A DNA stretch of 64,000 nt from Puniceicoccaceae bacterium 5H (GCA_009772895.1 WOUP01000007.1:129798-193797), one strand, 5' to 3'; counted from the stretch's first letter, positions 25,454 through 36,055 are shown. Numbers and translations: made by a program. The notes: generated from the letters alone by a model not told the origin.

Positions 25454-26551
25454 TTGACTTCAGGTCGGCGACAGTTTGACGAGGTATTCGCCAGCCAGCT
25501 GTTGGACGCAGTCCCCTACAGCCTGCTGGTCCTCGACTCCGATGACACGGTCGTTTTTGCGAACGATCGGTTCAGGAAGCTGTTCGTCGCCGTGAATGGG
25601 CGGGAACTGGTTCCGGACGAGCCCTACAGGCCCCAGATCCACTGCGAAAGCTGCCTCGGATTGCTGGAAATGCTCGACCGGGATGCAACGGCCAGGCCCT
25701 GTTTCGACGTCGAGTTCGAGGGCGAGACGCATACGTTTCAGCTGCACCGCTATCCGCTCGGCGAGAACGAGCGCTATACGGTGCTCCAGTTGGACGACGT
25801 GACCGCCTCCAAGCAGGCGGAGCGTCGGGCCGCCGCGGCGCAGGAGGGTCTACGGGAGGCCATGCGCACCCGCGACGTCATCCTCTCCATCATCGGGCAC
25901 GACCTGCGCGCCCCGATCGCGCAGCTCAACGCCATCCTCTACCTGCTCAAGCAGACGCCGGGGCAGATGAGCGAAGACAAGCTGCAGCAATACAGCGGCG
26001 AACTGGAGGACATGACGCGCCACCTCTCGAGCGCGCTCGACAACTTGCTGCACTGGTCGACCAGTCACCGGCGCGGCCTTGATCCGGAGCTTTCGTTGAC
26101 GGATGTCGGCCAGGTTTTGAGCGAGTCGGTGGGGCTGCTGCATCCGTTGGCGTTGCACAAGCAGATCTTTCTCGCGCTGGAAAACGATGTGACGGAAGAT
26201 ATTCGGACCGACCGCGAGATGCTGGCCTTTATCATGCGCAACCTGTTGGCCAATGCGGTGAAGTTTACGCCCAAGCAGGGCCGGATCGACATCCGCCAAG
26301 GGCAGGCCGACGGCCACTTCTACTTCGAGGTGCGCGACAGTGGTGTGGGCATGAGCCAGGACCAGATCCAGCAGATCCAGCGCCACGACACCTTCCACTC
26401 CACCCGTGGTACCAACGGGGAGCGTGGCATTGGCCTCGGGCTCAAGCTCTGTCAGGAATTCGCCGAAAAGCTGGGCGGCCGTATCACCTTCGACAGCGAG
26501 ATCGACGCAGGAACCCAGGTCCGCCTCAACCTGCCGCTTCAGCAGGACTGA
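25454..26551 (+). CDS. Cytoplasmic sensor histidine kinase (PAS - HisKA - HATPase_c)
   Basis: PAS-like LLVLDSDDTVVFANDRF, H-box ILSIIGHDLRAPIAQL, N-box RNLLANAVKFT, G-boxes DSGVGM / GIGLGLKLC. Non-ATG (TTG) start. Confidence 0.8.
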   Translation: MTSGRRQFDEVFASQLLDAVPYSLLVLDSDDTVVFANDRFRKLFVAVNGRELVPDEPYRPQIHCESCLGLLEMLDRDATARPCFDVEFEGETHTFQLHRYPLGENERYTVLQLDDVTASKQAERRAAAAQEGLREAMRTRDVILSIIGHDLRAPIAQLNAILYLLKQTPGQMSEDKLQQYSGELEDMTRHLSSALDNLLHWSTSHRRGLDPELSLTDVGQVLSESVGLLHPLALHKQIFLALENDVTEDIRTDREMLAFIMRNLLANAVKFTPKQGRIDIRQGQADGHFYFEVRDSGVGMSQDQIQQIQRHDTFHSTRGTNGERGIGLGLKLCQEFAEKLGGRITFDSEIDAGTQVRLNLPLQQD

Positions 26552-26670
26552 AGCGCGTGACGCGGTAGGGCAAGGCCTCTACGCCCGTCGCGCTCATCTC
26601 ACAACGCAAGCGTGTGCCGGAAATTGCGGCGTAGCTCTGCGTTGCAGAAAAATAAGATAACCAGTGCTTT

Positions 26671-26700
26671 TTGCTTTAAACACTGTGTTGCAGATATAAT
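26671..26700 (+). promoter_or_regulatory. Sigma70-like promoter, near-leaderless transcript for 26712 gene
   Basis: TTGCTT (26671-26676), 18-nt spacer, TATAAT (26695-26700). The ATG lies only 11 nt after the -10 element. Confidence 0.3.
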
Positions 26701-26711
26701 ATCCGGCAACG

Positions 26712-28262
26712 ATGATTACCGATTCGCTTGCCTCGGCCGAAGGCGGACCGCCCGACGCCCCGGTTCACGCGGCAGGTCCGCTGGACCCGCCGCGCCTACT
26801 CAATCGCGTGCCCTTCTTGCTGACTGTGCTGGGTTGGCTGATGGCGGCCGATTACCTGCTCTACGCCGGAGGCGTGGGGGTTTCGATCGGCCTGCTGGCC
26901 GTCTTGGCCGTATTCGGTATCGGCCTCAACCGTCGCGCCGCCGACCGCCGCCGGTTGCCTCGGTGGTTTTGGTGGCTGTTTGCTCCCAGTGCACTGATCC
27001 CGCTGTACCGCACGGATTTCAGTAACATCGTCACGCTCCTCAGCCTGCTCGTGCTCGCCTCGGGCGCCACCTACTACCACGAAGGCACCCTGTCCGCGCG
27101 CATCCGCCACGGTTTTGTCGCCTGGGCGTTCCCTTTTTTCAGTTTGATTGCCTGCCTCTTGAGCCTGACGGCCAAATCCGAAGATGGGACGAGGCGGTCG
27201 GGCGGTTGGACCGCGCTCAAGATCGTGGGGCCGGCTCTGGTGCTGGTGTTCGTATTCAGCCTGTTGCTCGCGGATGCCTCGCCGCTGTTGCTGGCGGGCT
27301 GGCAGGCGCTGGGAGATGCACTGGGCGGCTTGAGTTTGCCCACGGACGAGCACGTACTGTTCTGGCTGGTCGCGGGCGCGGTGATGTGTCTCTGGCTCTT
27401 GCCGTGGAGCCCCTGGAGTGGGCGGCTGCCACATCTGGCGGGGCCGCCCGAGCTGGATGTCGCGACGCTGCGGGCGCAGGTGCTGGCGGTGCTGGTCGCG
27501 CTCAACGGCTTGTATCTGGCCGTCAATGCCAGTGATCTGCTCTATCTGGGCGGCCGGCTGGAGCTGCCCGCCGGAACCGACTACAAGGCCTACGTGCACG
27601 CCGGCGTGTGGAATCTTACGGCCTCAGTCCTGCTGTCCGCCGCCCTGCTGGCGGGCATCTTCCGGCTCCCACGGGCAGCGGTCTCCGGTCGGCTGACCCG
27701 TGGGCTCGGCTACTTGTGGTGTGCGCAAAACGCGCTGTTTCTGCTGCACGTGGCGCGGCGTAACCTGTTGTATGTCGACTGGGGCGGCTGGACCCCCAAA
27801 CGCGTCTACGTGCTGATGTTTCTGCTGCTGGTCGCGGTCGGTTTCGGACTGCTGGTTTGGTATATTCACCGGCGCAAGTCCTTTGGCTGGCTGGTGCAGC
27901 GCAATCTCGTCGCGGTCTTCGCCGTGTGCTTCCTCAACCAATTCCTCGATGTGCGCGCGTTCGTCGCCTGGCGCGATCTGGAGCAGTGGCGGCGGGGTGA
28001 GATGACGCTGGATGCCGGCTTTCTGCTGCAGCTGGGCTATCACCGCTGGTGGCTGATCCGGGAGGCGCTGCGCGAGCCGGGTGAGGGCGATGTCGAGCGC
28101 CTCCTGGCGGCGATGAAGGGCTCGAGACGCTATCGTGGTGCCCCCGCCCAGGTCGCTGACGAGCTGCCCTGGCCGGCGTGGACGTGGTTGCGTGCTTCCG
28201 GGCGCCAGTGGAAAGGCGAAGCGGAGGCCTCCGTCGCGGCGTGGCTGGAGGGCGAGAACTGA
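26712..28262 (+). CDS. Polytopic membrane protein (DUF4153/DUF4173-like), function unknown
   Basis: 516 aa, more than 10 TM segments, then a cytoplasmic Trp/Arg-rich tail. The family name is from memory and has low certainty. Confidence 0.6.
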   Translation: MITDSLASAEGGPPDAPVHAAGPLDPPRLLNRVPFLLTVLGWLMAADYLLYAGGVGVSIGLLAVLAVFGIGLNRRAADRRRLPRWFWWLFAPSALIPLYRTDFSNIVTLLSLLVLASGATYYHEGTLSARIRHGFVAWAFPFFSLIACLLSLTAKSEDGTRRSGGWTALKIVGPALVLVFVFSLLLADASPLLLAGWQALGDALGGLSLPTDEHVLFWLVAGAVMCLWLLPWSPWSGRLPHLAGPPELDVATLRAQVLAVLVALNGLYLAVNASDLLYLGGRLELPAGTDYKAYVHAGVWNLTASVLLSAALLAGIFRLPRAAVSGRLTRGLGYLWCAQNALFLLHVARRNLLYVDWGGWTPKRVYVLMFLLLVAVGFGLLVWYIHRRKSFGWLVQRNLVAVFAVCFLNQFLDVRAFVAWRDLEQWRRGEMTLDAGFLLQLGYHRWWLIREALREPGEGDVERLLAAMKGSRRYRGAPAQVADELPWPAWTWLRASGRQWKGEAEASVAAWLEGEN

Positions 28263-28325
28263 GGCGTTCATCCCGTTGCGCGCATGCGAGTTGCATTTTC
28301 TTCGGCCGCGGGTAATGTCGGGGCC

Positions 28326-29147
28326 ATGATGCGCTCGTTTACCGCCGGTCTCTCCCTTTGCCTTGCTTCGGTCGCGGCCCTGTTCCTGCCAGGCTGCGCC
28401 AACGTTCCCGCTTTCATGCCCGAGAAACAGCTCGCTGCCCAGGCGGCGACGGAGTTCGACCAGATGAAGCAGGAGCTGAAGGTCAGCGACAACCCGGAAT
28501 ACGTCAACATGGTCAAGCGGGTGGGTAACCGCATCGCGCCCATCGCCGGGCAGGACATGGAGACGACAGAATGGGAGTTTGTGGTGTTCGACGACCCTGC
28601 GGTGAACGCCTTTGCCATGCCCGGCGGCAAGGTGGCCGTCTTTACGGGCCTGCTCGAGCTCGTGGATGGGAACGAGGATGAGCTGGCTGCGGTGATGGGC
28701 CATGAAATCGCCCACGTGGCGCTCAAGCACAGCAACAAGCAGATGAGCTCCGAGATGTTGCGGCAGGGTGGGGGCGCGGCCCTCGCCATTCTGCTGAGCC
28801 GTCAGGAAAAGTCGGCGGTGGATCCCAAGTTGGTGCAGCAAGCCTACGACCTTGGCACGCAGGTGGGCCTGATGCTGCCCTACAGCCGTGAGCACGAGCT
28901 GCAGGCCGACGAGCTGGGCCTCTACTACGCGGCCAAGGCCGGTTACGATCCCGAGGCGGCGGTCGACCTCTGGCAAAAGATGGCCGAAGCAGGCGGTGAG
29001 CAGCCGCCGGAATTCCTTTCGACCCACCCCAGCCACGGCACCCGTATCGAGCGCCTGCAGGAGCTCGTGCCCGTCGTGAAAAAGCGCATCCAGGCCGAAG
29101 AAGACGAGGCCTACCTGCGTAACCAGGGCCTGTTGGACGAGGCCTGA
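28326..29147 (+). CDS. M48-family zinc metallopeptidase lipoprotein
   Basis: HEIAH zinc motif (AAVMGHEIAHVALKHS), downstream EHELQADELG, lipobox LFLPGCAN. Start placed at MMRSF (28326); the track start is 28284. Confidence 0.85.
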   Translation: MMRSFTAGLSLCLASVAALFLPGCANVPAFMPEKQLAAQAATEFDQMKQELKVSDNPEYVNMVKRVGNRIAPIAGQDMETTEWEFVVFDDPAVNAFAMPGGKVAVFTGLLELVDGNEDELAAVMGHEIAHVALKHSNKQMSSEMLRQGGGAALAILLSRQEKSAVDPKLVQQAYDLGTQVGLMLPYSREHELQADELGLYYAAKAGYDPEAAVDLWQKMAEAGGEQPPEFLSTHPSHGTRIERLQELVPVVKKRIQAEEDEAYLRNQGLLDEA

Positions 29148-29201
29148 GATTCCTCCGCTTGCCCCTCGCCAAGCACGCGATTTGTCCCTAAGGGTAGTGC
29201 C

Positions 29202-30575
29202 ATGTTCGATCCCGTTGCGGCTATTCAGGAGTTTATCCGTCACCCCAGCGTTTCCACCGACCCTTCCTATCAGGAAGGCATGTCCGGCGCCCGCGATTAC
29301 ATCGCGGGCCTGCTGCGCGACATGGGCCTGAAGGTGGACATCCTCGAGACGCCTCTGCACCCCGTCGTGCTGGCGCACCGGGAGGGGCCGGCCGATTGGC
29401 CGCACGTGATCATCTACGGGCACTACGACGTGCAGCCGGCCGACCCGTTCGAGCTGTGGAATACGCCGCCCTTCGCGCCGGAGATCCGCGACGGTCGCCT
29501 CTATGGGCGCGGCGCGGCGGACAACAAGGGGCCGTTGATGGTGCACGTCGCCGCCGTGGCGCGCCTGCTGGAGCAACAGCCCGATCTGCCCCTGCGCATC
29601 ACCTTCCTGATCGAAGGCGAGGAGGAGATCGGCAGCCCGTCGTTTCCGCAAATCCTGCGCGATTACAAGGACCGGCTGCAGGCCGACTTTGTCTTGCTGA
29701 CCGATACTTTGAGCCCGAGCACCGAGCAGATCGCCATCACCACCGCGCTGCGGGGCATCGTGACGCTCGAGGTGGAGCTGACCGGACCGAGCAGCGACCT
29801 GCACAGCGGCATCCACGGTGGCGCGATCATGAACCCCATCGTCGCCCTCTCTCGCCTCTGCGCCACGCTGCACCACGAGGACGGCAGCGTGAATGTGCCC
29901 GGCTTTTACGACGACGTGGTCGAGACGCATGCCTGGGAGAAAGAGGAGATTGCGCGTCTGTCTTCCGATCAGGAGGCCTACCAGCAGCGTCTCGGCGTGA
30001 ACGATTTTTACACCGCCAAGGGCGTGCCGCCGGCTGAGGCCACCCGCCTGTGGCCCACGCTGGAGTTCAATGGTATCGGCGGCGGCTATCAGGGCGAGGG
30101 CAGCAAGACCATCATCCCTTCCAAGGCGTTTGTGAAGATCAGCTGCCGCCTCGTGGCCAATCAGACCGCCGACGACATCGCCGCCAAGGTGACGCAGGCG
30201 CTCGAAGACCGGTGCCCGCCGCAGGTGAAGCTCAAGATCACCCGCGGGCACAACGGTAACCCCTACCGGGTGGTGCCGCCGCATCGTCCGGACACGCCAG
30301 AAGATCAGGACCCGTCACTGGCGCGCGCCTTCGATGGAGCCGACGCCGCCATCCGTGAGATCTTCCCGCATCCGCCGCTCTACCTGCGCGAAGGCGGCAG
30401 CGTGCCCATCATCGGCGACCTCAAGCGCGTGCTGGGGCTCGACTCGCTCATGTTCGGCATGTTCACGCCGGTGGACAACCTGCACGCGCCCAACGAGAGC
30501 TTCGACCTGCAGATGTTCGAGCGTGGCATCGGTGTGAGCGAACGCATCCTGCGCGCTGTCGCTGAAAAGCGCTAG
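29202..30575 (+). CDS. M20-family dipeptidase/peptidase
   Basis: IIYGHYDVQPAD, GRGAADNKGPL, LIEGEEEIGSP metal-ligand motifs. Confidence 0.85.
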   Translation: MFDPVAAIQEFIRHPSVSTDPSYQEGMSGARDYIAGLLRDMGLKVDILETPLHPVVLAHREGPADWPHVIIYGHYDVQPADPFELWNTPPFAPEIRDGRLYGRGAADNKGPLMVHVAAVARLLEQQPDLPLRITFLIEGEEEIGSPSFPQILRDYKDRLQADFVLLTDTLSPSTEQIAITTALRGIVTLEVELTGPSSDLHSGIHGGAIMNPIVALSRLCATLHHEDGSVNVPGFYDDVVETHAWEKEEIARLSSDQEAYQQRLGVNDFYTAKGVPPAEATRLWPTLEFNGIGGGYQGEGSKTIIPSKAFVKISCRLVANQTADDIAAKVTQALEDRCPPQVKLKITRGHNGNPYRVVPPHRPDTPEDQDPSLARAFDGADAAIREIFPHPPLYLREGGSVPIIGDLKRVLGLDSLMFGMFTPVDNLHAPNESFDLQMFERGIGVSERILRAVAEKR

Positions 30576-30626
30576 GTTGGGGCTTCAACCGGCAAAAGGC
30601 AGGGAAGATAGCGAAGTGCGCGTCCT

Positions 30627-30923
30627 CTAGGGTTTGAAGGACGCGGGGCCCTGCTTACCGGCCACGCGATGGTATTGACCGGTCAGCTTGTCGCGCTCGT
30701 ATTTGGTGAAGCCCGCCTTTTCGACGTTCTTGTTGTCGAGCTTGGACTTCTCTCGGCCAGGCGTGTGCTTGGTGGAGAGATTGGGCGACAGGATGACGCG
30801 CCGCACGGGTTCGCCCGTCAACGGGTGCTCCTTCAGGGCATCTTCGCGCATCGACTGCTGGAGCTCGAAGCGCTCGCCTCCGCTACCGTTGGGCAGGACG
30901 ACTTCATACACGTAGATGGGCAT
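30627..30923 (-). CDS. FmdB-like small protein lacking the zinc-ribbon cysteines
   Basis: MPIYVYEVV...ERFELQQSM...PLTGEPVRRVILSP parallels the FmdB pattern MPIYEYxCxxCGxxFE...CPxCG...vxRlis, but no Cys is present. High GC3. Confidence 0.55.
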   Translation of the reverse strand: MPIYVYEVVLPNGSGGERFELQQSMREDALKEHPLTGEPVRRVILSPNLSTKHTPGREKSKLDNKNVEKAGFTKYERDKLTGQYHRVAGKQGPASFKP

Positions 30924-31054
30924 GACACGTCTACTCTAGGCCATTCTCCCCGGTTTACAAGCATTGCGCATGTGGTCTCGGTTCGCTAGGAAGTCATTGC
31001 CCTAGAAAAACCTTTGCCCCTGCCCCTGCCTGGGGTAGGGTAAATCTATTCTCT

Positions 31055-34000
31055 ATGCGAACGAGTCTCTCTGCTCATTCGGGAAGGACGGCCTTCGGGC
31101 TCGCCCAAGCGTGGGCGGAGTTCCTGTTCAAGCTCATCCTGTGCGTCGCCCTCTATCTCGGGGCCGGCGGCATGGGGCTGCAGGTCGCCCTTTGGGAGCA
31201 ATTCGCCCCGCTCATCTGGCCGCCGGCCGGCATCGCGCTGCTCATCGTGTTGCGTGGAGGCTACCGCTATCTGCTTGCGGTGGCGATCGGGGCTTTTGCG
31301 GTGCGCTTTCTGGAGGGAGCCGGCAATGTGCCCTCAGCCTTCATCTCGTCGATCGGCTACACGCTGGCCGCGGGGGTTGCAGCCTTTACGCTCAAGGAGA
31401 TTGCGCGCCTGGAGCCCGCGCTGGAGCGCCTCAGTGACGTCATCTGGTTCGTTCTGGTAGGCGTGGTGGCGGCGCCGCTGCTCAGTTCGCTCTTTTCCAT
31501 CTACAGCCTCACGTTTCTCCATCTGGAGCTGCACCGGGGCTTTTTCGAACTATGGAAGGTGCGGTGGCTCAGCGACGCGCTCGGCGTGCTGGTCGTGACG
31601 CCCGTGCTGCTGGTGTGGCACGCCCGGACGCGCGTCAACTGGCGTAACGCGCAGACGGTGGAGGTGCTCGTCTGGCTGGCGATCCTGATTTTCCTCGGCG
31701 CCCTGATTTTCCGTAACTGGGCCCCCAGCGACACCCTGCGCTACCCGCTGGACCTCACGATGTTCCCGCTGATGGCGTGGGCGGCCGTGCGCTTTGGCCA
31801 ACGCGGTTCGACCGTCGGCATCTTTATCGTGGCGATGATGGCCGTGTGGGAGTTGCGCGACGTGATCGGCCCCGAGCCGACGAAGACCATCACGCAGCCC
31901 CCGGGCTATTTGTGGCTGTTTGTGGGCGCCCTGAGCATCACCGCGCTGTTGCTCGCCGCGACGCTGACCGAGGTGAAGAACCGCGAAGATACTTCGCGCA
32001 CCAACGAGGAGCGTTTGCGCGCCTTCATCGCCGCCATGCCCGACCTCGCCTATGTGGTGGACGAGCAAGGCATCTACCAGGAGGTGTTCGTGCCGCGCAC
32101 CGGGATGTATCGCGAACGAGCGGCACGCCTCAAGGGCCTGTGCATGTACGACATCTATCCCAAGGAGATGTGCGACAATTTCATGCGGGTGGTACACCGT
32201 GCGCTGGAGACGCATGAGCTGCAGATCTTTCGCTACAGCATGGAGGTCCATGGCCGGCTCGTGTGGTTTGAGGGACGGATCGCGGCGATGTCGACCGTGG
32301 AGGGCCAACTGCCGTCCGCGATCTGGGTCGCCTACGACATTACCCAGACGCAGCACATCACCAGTCAGCTACAGGCGCGCGACCAGTTGCTGCAGGCCGT
32401 GACGGAGGCCGAGGAAAACCTGCTGAAGGTCAAGAATTTCGAAACCGGGATCACCACGACGCTGCGCCTGATCGGGCAGGGCCTGGAGCTGGATCGCGTG
32501 GGCCTCTACGAAAACGGCCGCGACAGCGAGACGCAGGACCGGGTGGTCTCCCTGCGCTTCGAGTGGGCCAGCGACCCGCGTTTTGCGACGCCCGACCCCG
32601 ACCCGGCCCGCTACCTTTACTACGACAGCGACTTGCCGGTGTGGTATCCCAGCCTGCAGAGCGGTTCGCCCCAAGTCTTCGGGCACGAACATTGCCCCCA
32701 GGGGCTGCGCGAATGGCTGGAGCGCACGCACACCCGCAGCGGCCTGGCTGTGCCGATCTTCGTCGCGGGCGACATGTGGGGCTTCCTCAACCTCGGCAGT
32801 TGCCGCATGGACCGCGATTGGGATACGCAGACGCGCCGTGCGCTGGGCAGCCTTGCGGGCAGTATCGGAGGCTACCTCGAGACCAAGCGCATCGAAGACG
32901 CGCTCAAGACCGCCAAGGAGGCCGCCGACAGCGCCAACCAGGCCAAGAGCATGTTCCTCGCGATGATGAGCCACGAGATTCGCACGCCCATGAACGCGAT
33001 CCTCGGCTTTACCGATTTGCTCACCCAGACGGATTTGACGGAAGAGCAAAAGGACTACCTCAACATCGTGACCCGCAGCGGTAAGGACCTGCTCGAACTG
33101 ATCAATAACATCCTCGACTTTTCAAAGCTGGAAAGCACCCAGGTGGAGCTGGAGCGCACGCCCTTTCGCCTCGAGACCTGCGTCATCGAAGTGCTCGAGA
33201 TCCTGCTGGCCAAGGCGAAGGAAAAGGGCATTACGCTCGATTACGACATCGAGGACCCCACCGATGGCCAGTACATCGGCGACCCGTTGCGCTTCCGCCA
33301 GATCGTGCTCAACCTCGTCAGTAACGGCGTAAAGTTCACCTCGAAAGGCAGCGTACACGTGCGCGCCAAGGCCATCCCGGTCGACGATAGGCGAACGGAG
33401 ATCTACCTGCAGGTGCGCGACACCGGTATCGGCATCCCCGACGAAAAGCTGAGCGACCTGTTCGAGGCTTTTACCCAGGTCGACTCATCCACCACCCGCG
33501 AATACGGCGGCACCGGGCTCGGCCTTACCATCTGCCGTCGCCTGGCTGAGCGCATGGGCGGGCGCATCTGGGTCAACAGCGAGGTGGGCAAGGGCAGCAC
33601 CTTCCACGTGACCGTAATGCTGGAAAACGGGAGCACGCGCCCGGCTTCCTCCCTGCCGTCGAGCGATAGCCAGGAGTTGGACCGCCGCTTCGCCAGCCGG
33701 CACCCCTTACGCATCTTGCTGGCGGAGGACGACGCGGTGAATACCCGCCTCGCGCACGAGGTGCTGGTCAAGCTGGGTTACAGTCCCGATCACGTCCAGG
33801 ATGGCCGGGCGTTGCTGAAGGCCGTGAGCCAGCAGGAATACGACGCCGTGCTGCTGGATGTGCAGATGGCCTACTACGACGGGATCGACGTGACGCGTCG
33901 CATCCGTCGCGGCGAAGCGGGGGAGCGGCAGCGCAACCTGCACATTATCGCCCTCACCGCACTGGCGCTGAAGGAGGATCGCGACCGCTGCCTGGAGGCC

Positions 34001-34105
34001 GGCGTGGATGACTACCTGACCAAGCCGTTGGTGATCGGGCGTTTGAAAGATTCCCTTAAAGCCGCCTATACCGCGATTTCTGAAAATAGAAAAGGCCGAA
34101 GCTGA
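31055..34105 (+). CDS. Hybrid sensor histidine kinase (MASE1-like membrane domain - PAS - GAF - HisKA - HATPase_c - REC)
   Basis: About 300 aa of N-terminal TM region. H-box [17 protein letters not shown]-box [10 protein letters not shown]-boxes DTGIGI / [13 protein letters not shown]-terminal REC ILLAEDD...VLLDVQM...KP. Confidence 0.85.
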   Translation: MRTSLSAHSGRTAFGLAQAWAEFLFKLILCVALYLGAGGMGLQVALWEQFAPLIWPPAGIALLIVLRGGYRYLLAVAIGAFAVRFLEGAGNVPSAFISSIGYTLAAGVAAFTLKEIARLEPALERLSDVIWFVLVGVVAAPLLSSLFSIYSLTFLHLELHRGFFELWKVRWLSDALGVLVVTPVLLVWHARTRVNWRNAQTVEVLVWLAILIFLGALIFRNWAPSDTLRYPLDLTMFPLMAWAAVRFGQRGSTVGIFIVAMMAVWELRDVIGPEPTKTITQPPGYLWLFVGALSITALLLAATLTEVKNREDTSRTNEERLRAFIAAMPDLAYVVDEQGIYQEVFVPRTGMYRERAARLKGLCMYDIYPKEMCDNFMRVVHRALETHELQIFRYSMEVHGRLVWFEGRIAAMSTVEGQLPSAIWVAYDITQTQHITSQLQARDQLLQAVTEAEENLLKVKNFETGITTTLRLIGQGLELDRVGLYENGRDSETQDRVVSLRFEWASDPRFATPDPDPARYLYYDSDLPVWYPSLQSGSPQVFGHEHCPQGLREWLERTHTRSGLAVPIFVAGDMWGFLNLGSCRMDRDWDTQTRRALGSLAGSIGGYLETKRIEDALKTAKEAADSANQAKSMFLAMMSHEIRTPMNAILGFTDLLTQTDLTEEQKDYLNIVTRSGKDLLELINNILDFSKLESTQVELERTPFRLETCVIEVLEILLAKAKEKGITLDYDIEDPTDGQYIGDPLRFRQIVLNLVSNGVKFTSKGSVHVRAKAIPVDDRRTEIYLQVRDTGIGIPDEKLSDLFEAFTQVDSSTTREYGGTGLGLTICRRLAERMGGRIWVNSEVGKGSTFHVTVMLENGSTRPASSLPSSDSQELDRRFASRHPLRILLAEDDAVNTRLAHEVLVKLGYSPDHVQDGRALLKAVSQQEYDAVLLDVQMAYYDGIDVTRRIRRGEAGERQRNLHIIALTALALKEDRDRCLEAGVDDYLTKPLVIGRLKDSLKAAYTAISENRKGRS

Positions 34106-34202
34106 CTATACTTTAGAGCTTGCAACATCACGTCCCGCGCTTACGTTCAAAGACACGCTGACTGGCCGATTCCCTATCCATTGAAAAACCATTCCAACCA
34201 GC

Positions 34203-35327
34203 ATGTTCATCTCTCCTTTCCGAAACATTCTTCAGTCGCTGGCATTTGTGGCCTTGGCCGCGGCTCCGATGGCCGGCCAGGCTGAAACTTTCAGCTTCTT
34301 GACCGAGACGGACGGTTTCCATCCCGCACCTTCGTTGGACAGCGTCCTCTCCGGCGCCAGTCTCGATTACATGGTTACTGGTAATACGGCAGGTACGACC
34401 TCCAGCCATATTCTGGTCACGGGCATGGTGCCAGTCGGTTCTTCCACCACCGTTTACACGGGCGATTATCGTGGGGTAGACCTCTCCACGGGCAACGAGT
34501 CCGATATGGGCAAGGTGGTGCTGACCCTGCCGAATCCCGTCAGCGTGCCGGAAGGCTCCGTTTCCTCGCCCATCGTGGCGGTTATTCCCCGCAGCGGCGA
34601 CTGGCCGGACAGCATGCCTTCGGGTAACCCGCTGAGCGGTTACAATGGCAATAGCACGGGTGATACGACGGAGCAAACGCTCACCCTGAGCGTCGAAACC
34701 GACACGGCGACCTACAGCGGCACCGCCAACTACACGGTGATCGACCAGAATACGCTCGAACTCGACGGCTTTACCCTGAGTGATGGCAGCAATAGCTGGC
34801 AGATGGAGTCGACGACTCTCGACCGCGTGAATGTCGACCTGCAGGGCTACCTCTCCGTTTCCGATCCTTCCAACGCGACCGACATGGAAGTGACGTCGCT
34901 GCACCTCAGCGCGCTGCCCGACCAGGATACCGACCTCATCCCGGACTTCATGGACGAGGATGTCGGCCCGGTGCCGACCTGGACGCCGACCACCACCGGT
35001 GAGTATGTGCTGAACCCGCGCACCTTCGGTTGGTTCTACAACGACGACAACGAATGGAGCTACGCTGAAGGTACTGGCTGGATCTTCCGCCGCGACTTCC
35101 CGTGGTTCTACCACCCGAACTGGGGCTGGGTCTACTTCCTGGAGCGCGAACGCAATTCCGCCAAGACCTATCTCTTCCTCGAAGCTGGCAATACCTGGTT
35201 GGAGGCCAACTTTGGCAACACCAAGAGCCGCGCCAAGTGGTTCTATGCCTTTGAGCAAGACAAGTGGGGCGACTGGACCGATCCGGAGCCGGCGGACGAA
35301 AACAACCTGCACTTCTCCGAGCTCTAA
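34203..35327 (+). CDS. Secreted hypothetical protein with acidic Ca-binding-like motif and Trp-rich C-terminal repeats
   Basis: Signal peptide MFISPFRNILQSLAFVALAAAPMAGQA. DQDTDLIPDFMDED. Repeats GWFYNDD / GWIFRRDFPWFYHPNWGWVYF / KWFYAF. Followed by a strong terminator. Confidence 0.65.
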   Translation: MFISPFRNILQSLAFVALAAAPMAGQAETFSFLTETDGFHPAPSLDSVLSGASLDYMVTGNTAGTTSSHILVTGMVPVGSSTTVYTGDYRGVDLSTGNESDMGKVVLTLPNPVSVPEGSVSSPIVAVIPRSGDWPDSMPSGNPLSGYNGNSTGDTTEQTLTLSVETDTATYSGTANYTVIDQNTLELDGFTLSDGSNSWQMESTTLDRVNVDLQGYLSVSDPSNATDMEVTSLHLSALPDQDTDLIPDFMDEDVGPVPTWTPTTTGEYVLNPRTFGWFYNDDNEWSYAEGTGWIFRRDFPWFYHPNWGWVYFLERERNSAKTYLFLEAGNTWLEANFGNTKSRAKWFYAFEQDKWGDWTDPEPADENNLHFSEL

Positions 35328-35352
35328 ATCACGAGTCTCTACGCATGACTTT

Positions 35353-35382
35353 AGCCCGACAGTTGCCTGTCGGGCTTTTTTT
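35353..35382 (+). terminator. Rho-independent terminator
   Basis: agcccgacag-ttgc-ctgtcgggct (10-bp stem, 4-nt loop) followed by TTTTTTT. Confidence 0.8.
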
Positions 35383-35458
35383 GTGCCTGCGGATGGGGAC
35401 CCCGCTGATGTCGAGGCGCAGTGGTGCGAATACGCTGGGGTGGGACGCGTTTTGAGGC

Positions 35459-36031
35459 TTACTCCGTGGTCAGCCAGGGCGCGAGCGACTCGGCCAGTCG
35501 GTCGGGGGTTGTGAGCACGATGCCGCGCGGCTCGAGCTCGTGCACCAGGCGCGGGTCCAGGCCGTCCAGGTAGGGCACCACCAGGACGATGGCGTCGAGC
35601 TCGGCGGTCGCGCTCAGGAGCAGGCTTTGCCCGAGCGTCAGCGCGTAGTTGCGGCGCACGTTGGCGCGACATTCGACTGCGATCCGGCGGTCGCCCGCGG
35701 TGCAAAGAAAGTCCACCCGCAAGTCTTCGACGCGCGCGAAGCGCTCAACCGATACCGGCAGCGTTTCGAGGATGCGCGCCACGTCGTCCTCGAAGTCGAT
35801 GGAATCACGCTTGCGCAACATGAATTCCCGGGCGCGTTCGACTGCGCGGGCCAAGTCAAACGCGTCCTCCTCATCCCGCAAAATCTGCGCGTGCCCCTGC
35901 AGCTCGGCTTCGAGGCAGCGGTTGACGTAGCGGCTGAAACTCAGGCCCAGCGCTCGTGCGCGCGCTTCTGCTCGCTCCTTCAGGGCGGGCGGTAGGGAGA
36001 TCGTAAAGGGACGATGACGGGGATCGGTCAT
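35459..36031 (-). CDS. Ribbon-helix-helix (CopG-like) domain fused to a restriction-endonuclease-like (Mrr-cat / PD-(D/E)xK-like) domain
   Basis: N-terminus FTISLPPALKERAEARARALGLSFSRYVNRCLEAEL (RHH pattern). C-terminus FEDDVARILE...DLRVDFLC...RRIAVECRAN...AIVLVV...GIVLTT follows the FE / D-x-D / E-x-K(R) layout of Mrr-type nuclease cores. Confidence 0.55.
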   Translation of the reverse strand: MTDPRHRPFTISLPPALKERAEARARALGLSFSRYVNRCLEAELQGHAQILRDEEDAFDLARAVERAREFMLRKRDSIDFEDDVARILETLPVSVERFARVEDLRVDFLCTAGDRRIAVECRANVRRNYALTLGQSLLLSATAELDAIVLVVPYLDGLDPRLVHELEPRGIVLTTPDRLAESLAPWLTTE

Positions 36032-36034
36032 GAA

Positions 36035-36055
36035 AATTATTAAGACATCATAATT
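36035..36055. promoter_or_regulatory. Inverted repeat, candidate operator in the divergent promoter region
   Basis: AATTAT-taagacatc-ATAATT, 3 nt upstream of the RHH gene start, within a 117-bp AT-rich divergent intergenic region. A TTGCGT-17 nt-TTATAT promoter-like pair at 36057-36085 faces the HTH gene. Confidence 0.3.

Noticed and set aside
27624-30284. 886-aa minus-strand ORF covering the membrane-protein, M48 and M20 genes
   Set aside because: It is antisense to three plus-strand genes that carry clear catalytic motifs (HEIAH, GRGAADNKG). The translation has no recognisable domain and shadow-ORF composition.
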